From Eremomyces bilateralis CBS 781.70 (Eukaryota): DNA of 64,000 nucleotides. The notes under the pieces were generated by a model. The model made no database searches. It saw nothing but the letters and a program-made list of their open reading frames with translations, and was not told the DNA's origin. The DNA lies in NCBI GenBank assembly GCA_010015585.1, contig ML975157.1; one strand, written 5' to 3'. Below, in pieces: positions 1 through 13,339 of this stretch (positions are counted from its first letter, which is position 1; every line of letters starts with the position of its first letter). Made by a program: the position numbers and the translations under genes.

Positions 1-701
1 CTTGTAAAATCGGACGTAGCAAAGAACGCTCACTGCCATAAAGAACACCAGCGTCGCATCAAGGAGGATGAGGCGAGTTTGGCCGATATGCGCGTTATCA
101 AAGAGCAACAACCCGGCCGAAACTATGCACGCAGGGAGCGAGTATCCCGATTCCCACATAATGAGGAACACTGTCGGGACCGTGAGCGCTCCCATTGTTG
201 CGGGCATCGCACGGTATGCCACGTAGGGGACATTGTTGGCAATGTAGGAGTCGCCGATGTTATCGAATAAGAATTCGCCCTTATATCCCACCAGCCACCC
301 AGCAAATGCGAATAGAAGTTTCCCAAATGGCGGATGCACGTCGAAGAAGTATGTGCGTTGGAGGTAGTAGGATGCGAACTGTTGTTCTGGTTAGCCAGAG
401 GATGTTCAACTCCTTGAATGACAAGTTCGCGCACCTTTCCAAAATGGACCTCATCAAACACCACCTGATCTGGATGGTTGATATGCCAAAAGCGGGTGAT
501 GAACGCCAGTATAGTGATCAGCGTCAGGGCCAACTTGTAGTCCCATTCCGACCCGACCGATTGCTTCACCACCTTCGGCTTTGCTTTTGATGCGATCTCA
601 GCATCCTTCGAAGGGCGAGGTGTGGTAGGAACGGGAGTTGTCCCCCGCTTCTTAGAGCCTTGCGGGCCTCGATGTCGAAGAGTGTCTGTATTCGACGACA
701 T
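1..701 (-). CDS. PMT4: Dolichyl-phosphate-mannose:protein O-mannosyltransferase, PMT4 subfamily (5' part; runs off the window edge)
   Basis: Exon 701-435 ends in VVFDEVHFGK. Intron 434-379 (GTGCGC..GCTAAC..CAG). Exon 378-1 reads FASYYLQRTYFFDVHPPFGKLL...DNAHIGQTRLILLDATL, which are PMT-family motifs. Confidence 0.93.
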
Positions 702-1337
702 TGCCGTAGGCAGCAGACGGCAATGGATAGACAGCTGTTAGGGTCAACCTTAGCTGCTCCGGTTAGCTTGAAAGCAGTCCCAGGGAATGGAGATTGGCAC
801 ACCTCCTAGGAACTTAGATCGAAAAAGACCCAATCATTAAAACAAAGAAGGTGAATGAAATGAACGAAGGCAATGAATGAAATGGAAGAATAAATGCCAG
901 AGGGTGAGGAAGTGGAGGAAGGTGCGATCTGGTCAGAACGTGAGCCGCTCCTGACTTTTTTGACCGACGTCGTCAACCCCTGGCGACTTCCCTGCAAGGA
1001 GGTGGTTCGTATTCGTCCAAACACATGTTCAGCTTCGGGAAATTCATACGGGAAATTCATACAGCTCACTACAATTCGATATTCTTACCTTGTGTCTCTT
1101 ATGGCAACATGGAGATCTATTCTTGTAAACTGACCATCTTCCTACCTAATCAGCTGTGAGCTTGTAAACATGTCCGCCTCCGTCAATTGGTGTATGAATA
1201 TGTCCCTGCCTTAGTGCCTGAGGCATCAGTTCATATTTATACACAGCACAATAGGATGCAGAGGTTGGGGAACCTCGATAGCGGCTGCAGGACCAGTCGG
1301 ATTCTATGATTCTATGATGCTGTGCTATAATTCTACT

Positions 1338-2611
1338 CTAGAGCTCTTTCTTCCCCGCTACCTTAGGTCTCCCCTTGGCCCGCCGTCTCGGAATTCCGAT
1401 GCTCGTCTCCCACCCATATAGCGCCCCCGATCCAAAGACCACGAACGCGCCCAGCATCATCAGCCCACTCATCTTGTTCCCGAAGAGCCAGATGCTGAGC
1501 ATGAAGCTCACCAGCTTGCGGATGTTCAGCACGATGGTCACGGTCACGGCGGACGTGTTGGCGCTCAGCAGGTTGACGCCGCTGATGCACAGGAGCTGCG
1601 TGATGGCGTTGAGGAAAAGCATGAAGACCGACCGCGGCAGGTGGAGGAGGATCTTCTGGAGGAAGAACGGCATCGTGAGCGCGATGGATGGGGGGATGGC
1701 CATCGGTGCGGATGAGCCGAGCGTCGCGTACTGCGTCATGAGACTGGATTGCAGCGGGATGAACAGGGGAAGACTGAAGAAATGGGAGTAGAAGAGATTC
1801 TCGTCCCAAGCCTTGCCATACTCATTGAACGTCTCTTGAACATAGATTCCCATGAATGCGGAGAGGATTTGCGCCACCAGAAGGATGAGGAGGCCCATCT
1901 CGAATGATGTATCCGTGACCTTGATATCAGCCGTGTCCATCCTATTGCCCTAGGACGAATGTCAATACAAGCCGAGAATTAGAGAGGCAATTGCACGTAC
2001 CTTGGACAGCGCATCGGCCCACGCCGACAAGATCACCCCGAAAGTCAATAGAAGGACTGAAATGACCTGGATCCGAGAATACCTCTTCCCTCTGACCCAA
2101 CCGGCACCCATAGTCGTCACGCTTCCGAAGCTCCGGAGAATGATATGCACAGGGACACTGATGTTGAACGCGAAAGCCCAGTTGTTGAGCATGTTGACTG
2201 CAAAGAACATCAGCGCACTCATGGCCCATTTCCGGATCGGCGCCGCGGTCTTCTTGAGGAAGAACCTGCTGTTGGGATCATATTGGGTTGGGAGAGCTGC
2301 AAGCGCGGTGATCACGAATTGCATCAACGTGACCAGAAGACCTAGATCCTCCAATGTTAGAAAAATAGCTCTGTTTGTCAAATTTCCTGTAGATGCGCAT
2401 TACCGCTTTCGGGATCTCGCCTACATCGAGCCGTTAGTAAGTTTTTCCGAAACCAGAGCGTAAGACATACTTAAGGATTGCCTCGAGGGCGTAGACCTAT
2501 TACACCGTCAACAAATGATCGAAACCTAGGGACGATCTTGTTTCATACATTTGAGCAGCAGCCACCAAATATTAGGGCAATGATGCCGCACGAAGTCGCT
2601 ATTGTTGCCAT
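1338..2611 (-). CDS. YEA4: UDP-N-acetylglucosamine transporter (UAA family, SLC35B4/Yea4-like)
   Basis: Exons 2611-2549 (MATIATSCGIIALIFGGCCSN), 2496-2471, 2420-2404, 2341-2001 and 1949-1338 join in frame. Motifs IFGGCCSNVYALE, LNNWAFAFNISVPVHIILRS, ENLFYSHF, TIVLNIRKLVS. Confidence 0.92.
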
Positions 2612-3377
2612 CTCTTCTAGCTATGCCCCGATGATCTTATGTCTCCTTAGGAAATGCCTCGCCAGATCTCATTGCAATCAGAAATTGCCTAAGTTATCTC
2701 CAAGAACCCATTGGAAAGTCAATTGGAGGTGACCAGTAACCTCTAAAAAATTGGTGTAAGATTAATAAAGGCGATGTGTTTACGTGACTGGACATGTAGT
2801 TCAGGGTGGACCGGACATGGGGGGCATTGGGCAAAGTGGATGATGACACGGACTTTTTATCGCTGCCACATGGGGTGTGGTTTGGTCCTTTCATCACTTC
2901 CAGAGTCTAGACCCTCCTGGTTTGCGGAACACACTGCCAAAGATGCGAAAACAATAAATATCCATAGAATTAATTAGCTTATTAACCTTCACAGATACTT
3001 ATGGATATTTCATTGGGCAGATTTAACGAATATGCAGGAACTCTCGTGGCTCATACCTGGTCCTGCATGTCAGAACATCTGGCAGGGTTTCGCAGATCAT
3101 CACTGATATCACTTCATCTGGCTTCATTCAAACGGTTCATTCTATCTCTATCCCCAGAAAGACATGGCTCTTGGACGCATCCATAACTTTGCATGATAGC
3201 CATTTGACGAATACTTCATTCTGTCCGAGCCTCGAATCTCGAGTTCTAAACATATGCGGAGTGTTCGCAGCCGACACATTATTACCTCGTGGTATATGAG
3301 CTTTAGCCATGAGAGCCAGGGAAGCGGGCGAGGCCACTTCAGAATGCTGTCTCGGTAGTGCCATCTCATGCAGGACA

Positions 3378-5212
3378 TTACAGCGCGGAGAAGACGAACA
3401 GCTGCTTCGGTTAGAGGCCAGGAAAAGGAGTCGCACATCATCAGGGATCTTACATTGTTAGTTGCCGCAATGGCAATGCTATCTTCGAATGGATGCCAGC
3501 TCATGTGGAGAATCTTCTTGTTGAAGTCGATTGCGTCCGCGTCGGTTTCCTTGCGCATCCGTTGGCTTTGTCCAACCGCACCAGCTGCCGGGCTTCCTGC
3601 CCGAGACCCGCCTTTCTTCCCTCCTGAAGGGCTGGTGGAGTTCATCGGTGTCGGAATGCCTACCTTCTTCGCCTTAAATGCTGATTTGTCAGCTTGCAGG
3701 ACCACCTCGGTGTCTGCCGTGGGGTCGGATGGATAGATCATGAAATTGTTGTTGTAGCTGCCGGTCATGACATTCTTGGCGTCGCCCGAGAAAACCACCT
3801 CGAATTTATCAAAGATACTGTCATTCTCATACGTGTCGCAGAGGCGGGGTCGGAGGTGCTCATGAATCGGAATGGTCTTGATCGGCGTCTTTTCCATGTT
3901 GACATCCCAGATTTTGACTGTTAGGTAATCACGGGAAAGGATATATCGGCCATCATGGGAGAATCGAACGTCAGATATGGAGGAGATGATTTCGGAGAAG
4001 AAGGAGCGCGAGGAGGGATCTTCCTCCTGTTCAAACTCTGCGCGAAGTTAGTACTCATATTAGCTTCAATGAGGAATCAACCCTTACGTTTCGCATGTTG
4101 ATCACATAACGCGCTTTCACGCATATCTGCAAGTTTGATGGTCCCCTTGGAGCTGGCATACATGAACCAATTACAGCTCTGCGGATGGAACTCCGCCGCC
4201 GTGATCACCTCAGTCAACTCCTCCATATTCGCCGGCTTGATGTCGACGATGTTGAAGCTCTGGTCTTGGATATTAAGGTTCCATAAGTTGACCCGGAGGT
4301 CATCACTACTGATGAATGTTTCGCCATCGCTGTTCACTGATATGCTGTTGATGTGGTACGCATGTGCATTGGCATACGTCTTCCGTGGAACCGCGGCGAC
4401 GACAGTATCGTGGTGGGTAAGTCGAGGAAGTTTCAGGTCAGAAGCCGCTCGGAACTGCTGCGTAGGATTTCGGACTGGACCTCCACCACCGGTCACACTG
4501 CCTGGGGTTAGGTCATGAGAAAGGTTGTTCTCCGCCACCACTTTCAGGGACTTCTCGAACACCTTCCATAGCTTGATGGTCTTGTCATTGGTGGATAGGA
4601 GGTAATGCGATGCATTTTGCCGACGGCACCACTTGATCTTGTTGATTTTCTCCTCGATCTCTAATGACTTGAGATAGTCAAACTCAGGTTCATGTGACTG
4701 GAATTCGGTGTGGAATTTGTATTCGCAGGTTTTCTTCTATACAAGACATTAGAAATGGCTCCTATCCCTTGTGCCCGGTGGAATTTGACACATACCGTCT
4801 CGTTCCTCTCAAATAGGACCACTCGACCTCCTTTGTCTCCGGTGGCTAGATAGTTGCCGGTCTGGTCGAATTCAACCGTTGAGATGATATCAGCTAGTCC
4901 AATAAAGTCAGAGACCATCCGAGTGGTAGAGTTCAAAGTGCTATACCTTCTGTGATATCTTCAACATCGCCCTTGTCACCGAAGCATCTGGGCCACTGTC
5001 AGTCTCATGTCCAAACATTTGCGATATTGGATAGAAATATCGCCGGAATGAAGAAGTGGGGGTAATATGGTGACTAAACAAAGGAGCCCCATATCGATAT
5101 CCTCCTATGACAAGCTGCAATCTCTTCCATGGTGATGCCGTCGAACCGTGATGCTTGAGAGAACGTACTGTGTAAACTTCCACGTCGTGGGACTGCCTTC
5201 GGTCTCGACCAT
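3378..5212 (-). CDS. CDC55: Protein phosphatase 2A regulatory subunit B55 (WD40)
   Basis: Multi-exon gene: [82 protein letters not shown] segment, [10 protein letters not shown], terminal LFVFSAL* at 3378. Confidence 0.96.
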
Positions 5213-5927
5213 CTTGCCCGATGCGGCACCAACAAGCCCTTAAGCTGCACCAATGCAAAGCATGCACAAGCTAACACCAGTGATGCAGGAACTCCCACAG
5301 TTCCGTATTCTCAGAGATTCGGGGAAGGACGTGTTGCTCGCCAGGAGGGAGCTGTTTGGATGCGGCGGCTGATGTGACGCAAATCTGGGCTGATGGCGGC
5401 AAGGCCGATGAGAGGGCGGGATTCGAGGATGGAGTTTGGCGTCCGGAGATTCCACTCGAACTGAACGGTAGCGAATGAGCGGAGAACATGCAAGACAGTA
5501 AGGGATGTTTGCAGAAGTGAGACTTTGAGAAGCTCCAGCGAAGATGGATGTAGCAGCGGTGACAGTGTGGGGACTGGGGAGGAAGAGCTGGCAGACAAGT
5601 ATCGCGGTAATCGCACGTACCGTACAGTAACTTACACACTTAGTCTGTGTATTAAACCTTATTAAACCATAGCGCCATTCGCCGGAAGTGGTGGGCGGGA
5701 ACCAGGACAAATGGACCAATCATCGGACATTTTCAGCCGCGCGGGAGGCGGCTGTGCTAACACACTGAGAGCAACCGGAAAAACTATAATCCCTCTCAGT
5801 CCCTTGCCCGCCAAAATGTTAGCGAATTTCACTCCCACCCACACCTGTCGAATCTTGAACGCTTCGATCGCATCTCCTCCATCGTGAACAACCTCTCCCA
5901 CCCAATTTTCGAGACGGTAAATTCGCA

Positions 5928-7279
5928 ATGTCTCACAGGAAGTTCGAGGCGCCTCGTCATGGCTCGCTGGCATTCTTGCCGCGCAAGCGAGCAGCCCGCC
6001 ATAGAGGACGGGTTAAGAGGTGCGCTTCCAGATGAAAAGATTGGTTGATATGGGCAATTGTTAACGAGAGTCATCGACAGCTTCCCTAAGGATGATCCCA
6101 AGAAGCCCGTCCATCTCACCGCTACCATGGGCTACAAGGCTGGCATGACCACCATCGTGCGAGACTTGGACCGACCCGGTGCGAAGCTGCACAAGAAGGA
6201 AATCGTCGAGGCCGTTACCGTCGTTGAGACCCCTCCGGTATGTCATCTCGCGGTCAAGTCGCGGTCAAGGATAAGGACATGGCTAATTGCGAATTTTAGA
6301 TGATCGTTGTCGGTGTTGTCGGCTACATTGAGACTCCCCGCGGCCTGCGATCCCTCACCACCGTCTGGGCCGAGCATCTCAGCGAGGAGCTCCGCCGCCG
6401 ATTCTACAAGAACTGGTACAAGAGCAAGAAGAAGGCGTTCACCAAGTACGCCAAGAAGCACTCCGAGAGCAAGGGCCAATCCGTCATCCGCGAGCTCGAG
6501 CGCATCAAGAAGTACTGCACCGTCGTCCGCGTCCTCGCCCACACCCAGATCGGCAAGACCCCGCTCAAGCAGAAGAAGGCCCATCTCATGGAGATCCAGA
6601 TCAACGGCGGCAGCATCGCCGACAAGGTCGACTTCGGCCACGGACTGTTCGAGAAGCCCGTCGAGGTCGGCTCCATCTTCGAGAAGGACGAGATGATCGA
6701 CTGCATCGCCGTCACCAAGGGTGATGGATTCAGCGGCGTCACGTCGCGATGGGGCACCAAGAAGTTGCCACGCAAGACGCACAAGGGTCTCCGAAAGGTC
6801 GCGTGTATCGGTGCGTGGCATCCGTCCCACGTCCAGTGGACCGTCGCTCGTGCCGGTCAGAAGGGTTACCATCATCGTACCTCCGTCAACCACAAGGTCT
6901 ACCGTGTTGGCAACGGCACAGATGATGGCAACGCGTCAACCGACTTCGACGTTTCCAAGAAGCAGATCACTCCGTAAGTTTTGTGCATCAATGCATTCGA
7001 ATAACTACTGACAATCCTTATAGCATGGGTGGCTTCGTCCGATACGGTGAGGTCAAGAACGACTTCGTTCTCCTCAAGGGCTCCATTCCCGGTGTCCGGA
7101 AGCGAGTCATGACTCTCCGCAAGTCGATGTTCACGCACACCAGCCGACGGGCGCTGGAGAAGGTGGAGTTGAAATGGATCGACACATCGTCTAAGTTCGG
7201 ACACGGTGCTTACCAAACCCCCGCCGAGAAGCGCAACTACCTCGGGACCCTCAAGAAGGATCTTGTTGCGTCTTCTTAA
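5928..7279 (+). CDS. RPL3: 60S ribosomal protein L3 (uL3)
   Basis: [22 protein letters not shown] start at 5928. Exons about 5928-6019, 6081-6237, 6300-6973 and 7024-7279. Motifs GYKAGMT and [10 protein letters not shown]. Confidence 0.98.
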
Positions 7280-7492
7280 GCGATCCATTTCCTATCTGTC
7301 ATTCTAGCTGCATCGGAGGCATTCAGGCGTTGAGTTTGACGGCACGAAGCTGTCATTAGATTCCTATCGGTAGCAAAATGAACAAAAAGCGATGATCCAG
7401 TTCAAGGACTCTGCATGTTGAGATCGGTTCCATTGATGTGCACTGTTGGGGTATCGATCTATTGCTCACACATCCCGTGGATCTATTTGAAC

Positions 7493-9491
7493 CTATCTCG
7501 ACAACACCCAGTCATCCACACGTAGCAGGATCTTCACCGTTTCCGCCGCCAGCTCGATCGCGCTCGTGCTCACCAGCAGCGGCTGCAGCACGTTTTCCTC
7601 CGCAATGTTGTTCTTGACGCCGCCAGTCTTGATGCTGACTCCGGCATTTTGCTCCCCCAATGCGTGACGGTGCTTGAGATCCGTGACCACCTTGATCGAG
7701 CTCAACCCGGCATTTTCCGCCAGCGTAGTCGGAATGACCTCCATCGCGTCCGCAAAGGCTCTCCAGCAGATCGCCTCGGTTCCGCTGAGCGACCGGGCTT
7801 CATTGGCCAGATTGTGGGCGATCTCGATTTCCGGAGCGCCACCTCCAGCAAGCAATGCCCTGCGTACATTAGTGATACGGCCAACGCGGGAACCTTGAGA
7901 GAACTTACTTCTTCTTGACCAGGCATCGAATGACACAATGTGCGTCATGCAGACTTCGCTCCGCTTCATCCAGCACCAGCGAGTTGGCACCACGGACGAC
8001 GATGGACACCGTTTGGGCTGCAGCCTTGACGCCGCTGACTTTCACGTATCGAGCTCCTGAGCTGGACACTTCCTCAATCAGGTCGGCCGAGCCGAGCTTG
8101 TCTTCCGTGAAGGAATCAATGTCCGCGATGGGCTTGCATCCGGTACTCTGTGGCAGGTCAGAATTGCATCAACTCATAATCACGTTACGATACATACCTT
8201 GCAGATGAATTCGACCTCATCTCGCTCGATCTCCTTGATCGCAAGGATATTGAGCTTGGCAAGGAAGTGCAGGCTGAGCTCGTTCACGGCGTCCCGCAAT
8301 ATCGATTTTTGAATCAAGAGGACGTTGCATTTCGCCTTCTTGATTTTCTTCACCATGTTCAAGAGGTAGGTTCGCTCTTCCTTCAAGATCTTGTCCATCT
8401 GCCTGTAGTCATTGACGACGATCTGGTTCTCCATCTACGCACTGTTAGCCTCCAATCCATGTATTTCGACAGGATACGCACGTCGGGTTTTGGCGGGCTC
8501 AGCTGGAACTGAATTAGGGCAATCTTGGCCTTCTCCATCCTTGATGGGCCTCCAGCACCTTTAATCACTGGCTGCGACAGAACAAGTCCGTCCACCATCT
8601 CACTGTCCTCGATGGTACCGCCGGGCTTCTTCAATATCCGAATGTTGTTGAGATCCACGTTCTCAGCAGTCTTGCGGTCGATGACCTTCAGCACCGAGTC
8701 CACGGCCATGTGAGCCAGTTTCGGTTCTTGAGCCACGATTTTGGAGGAGAGGGAAGTCGAGGCCGCTTTCAGGAGGGTGGCTCGGTCAGCAAGAGATATG
8801 GGCAGCGACATATCGTGTAGGACTCGGACGGCGGCTCCTGCTGCCCTTTGGAAGGCCTCGGATACGAGTGTAGGATGGACTCCTTTCAATAGGAGCTTTT
8901 CCGCCGCGCCCAGCAAGCTTCCTGCAATTACCACCACTGATGTGGTTCCGTCACCCGCCTCGATATCCTGTGCATTCGCCATATCCACGAGCATCTTCGC
9001 CGCGGGGTGCATCACGCTCATATCTCGTAACATGGTGTTGCCATCGTTCGTCTGATGGGATGTTGAGTAAATGTCCATGGTTGGCAGAATAACTCGCTGC
9101 TTACAATGATCGTCTCGCCTTTTCCCGTTTGGATCTACTATGTATTAGCACATGGAGAGTAGATCGACATGATGCCACCTACCATTTTGTCCATTCCTCT
9201 GGGACCGAGAGACTGTTGGAAAGCTCAGAATCAATGTGACCAATTTCAATATGGTGTGGAAGACCCTACCGTTCTGATGGCATCGGCGACCGCTGGCATT
9301 GGAGTTAGTACAGTTCCAAAGTGCCCTATCCCTAGACCATTTCTTACCTCGAGCAGCCAATATATTCGACGTCCGTACTGCCGTCGGCTTTTCCTTGTCC
9401 TAGAACCGATCAGTCGAGCTCCTTGCCCATCCAGTCGTGTACATACCTTGAACGCCGCATTCCCACCACTAGCAACCTGAGCTGTTGCCAT
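7493..9491 (-). CDS. CCT4: T-complex protein 1 subunit delta (CCT chaperonin)
   Basis: Multi-exon: [98 protein letters not shown]. Confidence 0.96.
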
Positions 9492-9965
9492 TTTGACGGT
9501 TGTGTTTGGGGAAATAGAATACTAGAGTCCCAATACTGTGAAGAAAACGAGAGTGTATCGGGGAGGATGAGATGTGGTTGAGGTTGGACTCTTGTTCGAG
9601 TGTGTAGCCTGAACTCCGCAAGTAAAATTTACAAGCGCGCGCTTAAGCTCCAAGCTCTCCATTAAGCGCGAGGAATGTCGTAGAATGCACGTGATATAAG
9701 TTCGAACAGCAGGAACGCAGGCTTGGCATTGGTTTACGTGATCCTTGTCGCCTCATCACTCATGTGAAGCCTAGCACGACTGTTACTAACAGGACAGCTC
9801 CTCCTCGAACAACAACTACAGTACTGCTTCATTCACGCCCGACTTTACCCTATCCTTCGACACTCTACATCCCTGGTTGTCGACCCTTTCATCTTTGAAC
9901 CCTTCCCAAGACAGTATCCCCAAACCCCCGAATCCCGAATCCGACAACCGCGACCTCTGCCCAAC

Positions 9966-11487
9966 ATGCCTAGCGCAACCGGGTCGAGCTGGGAGAAGTA
10001 CAAGAAGAACTTCGCGGACGATGAGGAGCCGGAGAAGAAGATCACCCCGTTATCAGATGAGTGAGTGGATATGGCGATTATCGATGGGCTGAGGCTGATT
10101 CATCATAGGGATATCCAAGTTCTAAAGACCTACGGCGCCGCTCCATATGCGGCGGAGATCAAGAAGTTGGAGAAGGACATCAAAGAGAGGCAAACGAGCG
10201 TGAATGAGAAGATCGGTTAGTACCTAAGCTGCCTATTGCAACCACCATCAAGCTAACTCAATCAGGTGTCAAGGTAAATGCTTTTGAATAGCCCAAGTAA
10301 ATCCAACTAACATCATCACCACTAGGAATCCGACACGGGTCTTGCACCACCACATCTATGGGACATCGCAGCGGACCGTCAGAGAATGCAGGAAGAGCAG
10401 CCTCTTCAGGTAGCACGATGCACGAAGATCATACAAGACGAGAAAGACCCCGAAAAGAGCAAATACGTGATCAACGTCAAGCAGATAGCGAAGTTCGTGG
10501 TGAACCTCGGGGAGCGGGTGAGCCCGACAGATATCGAAGAAGGCATGCGCGTAGGGTACGTTCATCTTATCCTAACAGACGTTCCGCTCAAACTGACAAC
10601 ATCACAGCGTTGATCGGAACAAGTACCAGATTCTGCTACCGTTGCCACCGAAGATCGACCCCAGCGTGACGATGATGACGGTCGAGGACAAGCCCGACGT
10701 GACATATGGTGATGTCGGAGGATGTAAAGAGCAGATTGAGAAGCTACGAGAAGTTGTCGAGATGCCCTTGCTTTCGCCGGAGCGATTCGTCAATCTGGGC
10801 ATCGACCCCCCGAAAGGCGCTCTTCTCTATGGACCCCCCGGAACCGGCAAAACGCTTTGTGCACGAGCTGTCGCCAATCGGACCGATGCAACCTTCATCC
10901 GAGTCATCGGTAGCGAACTGGTGCAGAAATACGTTGGAGAGGGTGCCAGAATGGTCCGAGAGCTGTTCGAGATGGCCCGTACAAAGAAGGCCTGCATCAT
11001 CTTCTTCGACGAGATCGATGCCGTTGGTGGAGCGCGTTTCGACGACGGAGCCGGTGGCGACAACGAAGTGCAGCGGACGATGTTGGAGCTGATCACGCAA
11101 CTCGACGGCTTCGACTCAAGAGGCAATATTAAGGTCATGTTCGCAACCAATCGCCCATCCACTTTGGATCCGGCACTAATGCGTCCCGGCCGCATCGACC
11201 GCAAGATCGAATTCTCCCTCCCGGACAACGAAGGCCGCGCGAACATCCTCCGTATCCACGCGAAGAGCATGTCCGTCGAGCGCGACATCCGATGGGAGCT
11301 CATCTCTCGCCTGTGCCCCAACTCCACAGGCGCGGAGCTGCGGAGCGTGGCAACCGAAGCGGGGATGTTCGCGATCCGCGCGAGGAGAAAGGTGGCGACG
11401 GAGAAGGATTTCCTGGCCGCGGTGGATAAAGTGATCAAGGGCAATTTGAAGTTCAACTCGACGGCGACGTATATGCAATACAATTAG
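9966..11487 (+). CDS. RPT1: 26S proteasome AAA-ATPase regulatory subunit 7
   Basis: [12 protein letters not shown] start. [13 protein letters not shown], Walker A GPPGTGKT, Walker [23 protein letters not shown]-terminal YMQYN. Includes an 8-nt microexon at 10266-10273. Confidence 0.97.
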
Positions 11488-13034
11488 TGGTGGGACATAC
11501 CAGCACATCGGTGTGCCCCGGGGTCCTTTCATTTTGTTACACGTATTTCATGGCGAGTTTCGCGAGGCGTTGGTCAGACTCAATGGTGCACATGCATACC
11601 GTCACATGGCGAATCGAGTCTGCATGTCGATCTTGTATTATAGATTCAATGGATACTTGACTTCGCCCTCCTATTACGCTTGGGGATCACATTAAAGGGA
11701 CTCTTTCTTTAGCAGTTACATCAGAACGATACACGCCTCCCTACGAGTATAGGTCACCACGACATCCAAGGCAGGATACGACTAACACGTCCAAGCGGCG
11801 GCGGCCTCCTTGATGTGATGCCGTTTGTGGACGGTAAGACATCTAAGCCATCCTAGATTTCACGTTCAGTCCACTCCAGTCCATACCTAGACTAGTCCCT
11901 CTCACGTCTGCCATATCCATAATGAGCGCCAGATTACACTGCCCCCTTCCGTCCAGCAGCGAGGGGCGGTTAATATGTACCATGGTAGTCAGGGGTAACG
12001 TACCGCACCAAAATCAACATTCTCTACAACCAATTTCTATTTCAAGTCATCCGGTTCAAGTGATCACTACTCGTTTACATTCGATTCTTCGTAGTATCAG
12101 GTACCAGTGGCATTATTGGGTTGGCCTTGGTTTCGCCTTTTGACATTAATTCGTTGTTGGTACATTCCTTATCACCTCCTACCATCCAGGCTGGGCTCAG
12201 GGGAATCCAGGCTGAGGTGAAGATGGAAATTGCATTGACAGCCAGAAAATCTCGAATTGGCGCAAGTTCCATTGGAACGCCAACCATCGTGCGCCATATA
12301 TAGTTCCTGCCATCCGGCTCTCACTGGACATCGACTTGCTCCCAACGGATCCGGAGTCATAAGGAAGGAGGCCAGTTGGACGAGAAGTCAGTTGTTTATT
12401 AACACCGCTCTCTTTAGCTCCTCAGTATACCGATAGGATAAAGTCTTCACTGGAACCCTCATATTACTCAATTAGGACAGCCCTTACAAAGTCGTCAGAT
12501 ACATACGCTCTCTACACCTCTTTGCCTTGGTAGAATTTCGTTTAGATAACCATGATTTTTAATAGATAACAGCAACTATTGCAGCCCTCATCGATTGTTG
12601 AAACTCACTAGTTGCACTGATTGCTCCTAGACTACGGAGTAGAGGTGACTAGATGGCAATGTGCTATAGGGAACACATAACCTTTGCAGAATACCTTTCC
12701 TTTCCTTCTTTTGCAGAATGTGTCTTAATGCCCTGCTTTTTGTAAAGGCATCAAAACGCTAGCAGGATGGAAGATAACTTCGGAAAACTCTTTGGAGTAC
12801 TTAACTGTCCAGTATGTGATGAAGAGGATATTCGAGTACCAAAATTTAATATTGCTCGTTATATTTCCGAATCTGAGTGGTCTGAGATGGTAGGACTCTA
12901 TATTATAAGTCAAAGCACCCTCTTGCCGGTCACCCCACTTTCCGGCCACCTCAAGATATACGATAACTATGGCTAGATAGATAGATTAATTTGGCAACGC
13001 AAATAAATCCAACAACGATGGATTCTTTTTCAAT

Positions 13035-13170
13035 ATGCCTCCTGTAAATGAAAGTGCAATTGCTGAAGCTATACAAGCTTTTCGAGATCGAGAATTCCCA
13101 TCAATTCGCAAATGCGCGGAGGCTTATGGCGTTTACTCTACTCTCCAAGAACGCATCCAAAGGGGCACCG
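13035..13170 (+). mobile_element. Relic of a pogo/Fot1-type (Tc1-mariner) transposase N-terminal HTH_psq domain
   Basis: MPPVNESAIAEAIQAFRDREFPSIRKCAEAYGVYSTLQERIQRG matches the AI.A......SIR.AA..YGVP.STL..R pattern of fungal pogo transposases. No DDE domain or TIRs were found. Confidence 0.7.
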
Positions 13171-13339
13171 GAACCCTTCTAGAAGTTCCCACAGTCTCGG
13201 CTGTTATATCCAGTCCAGCAGCTTCAAAGCCGACACATTTATTCCACCATTTAAGCAGATTGGTTATCATAGAACGGATCAAGAAATCCGCACAGCCCCC
13301 CTGTTTGCTTCGAACTACGCACACATTAACGGTTCCAAG

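Noticed and set aside
5816..5887. ATG upstream of RPL3 giving a 23-codon ORF
   Set aside because: The conserved MSHRK start is at 5928. This ATG probably lies at or before the transcription start, and there is no evidence it is used.
6243..6893. 216-aa antisense ORF over RPL3 (likewise 10827-11483 over RPT1, 60424-61200 over ETF-beta and 61244-62533 over GCS1)
   Set aside because: Shadow ORFs caused by strong codon bias in the real genes; no recognisable domains.
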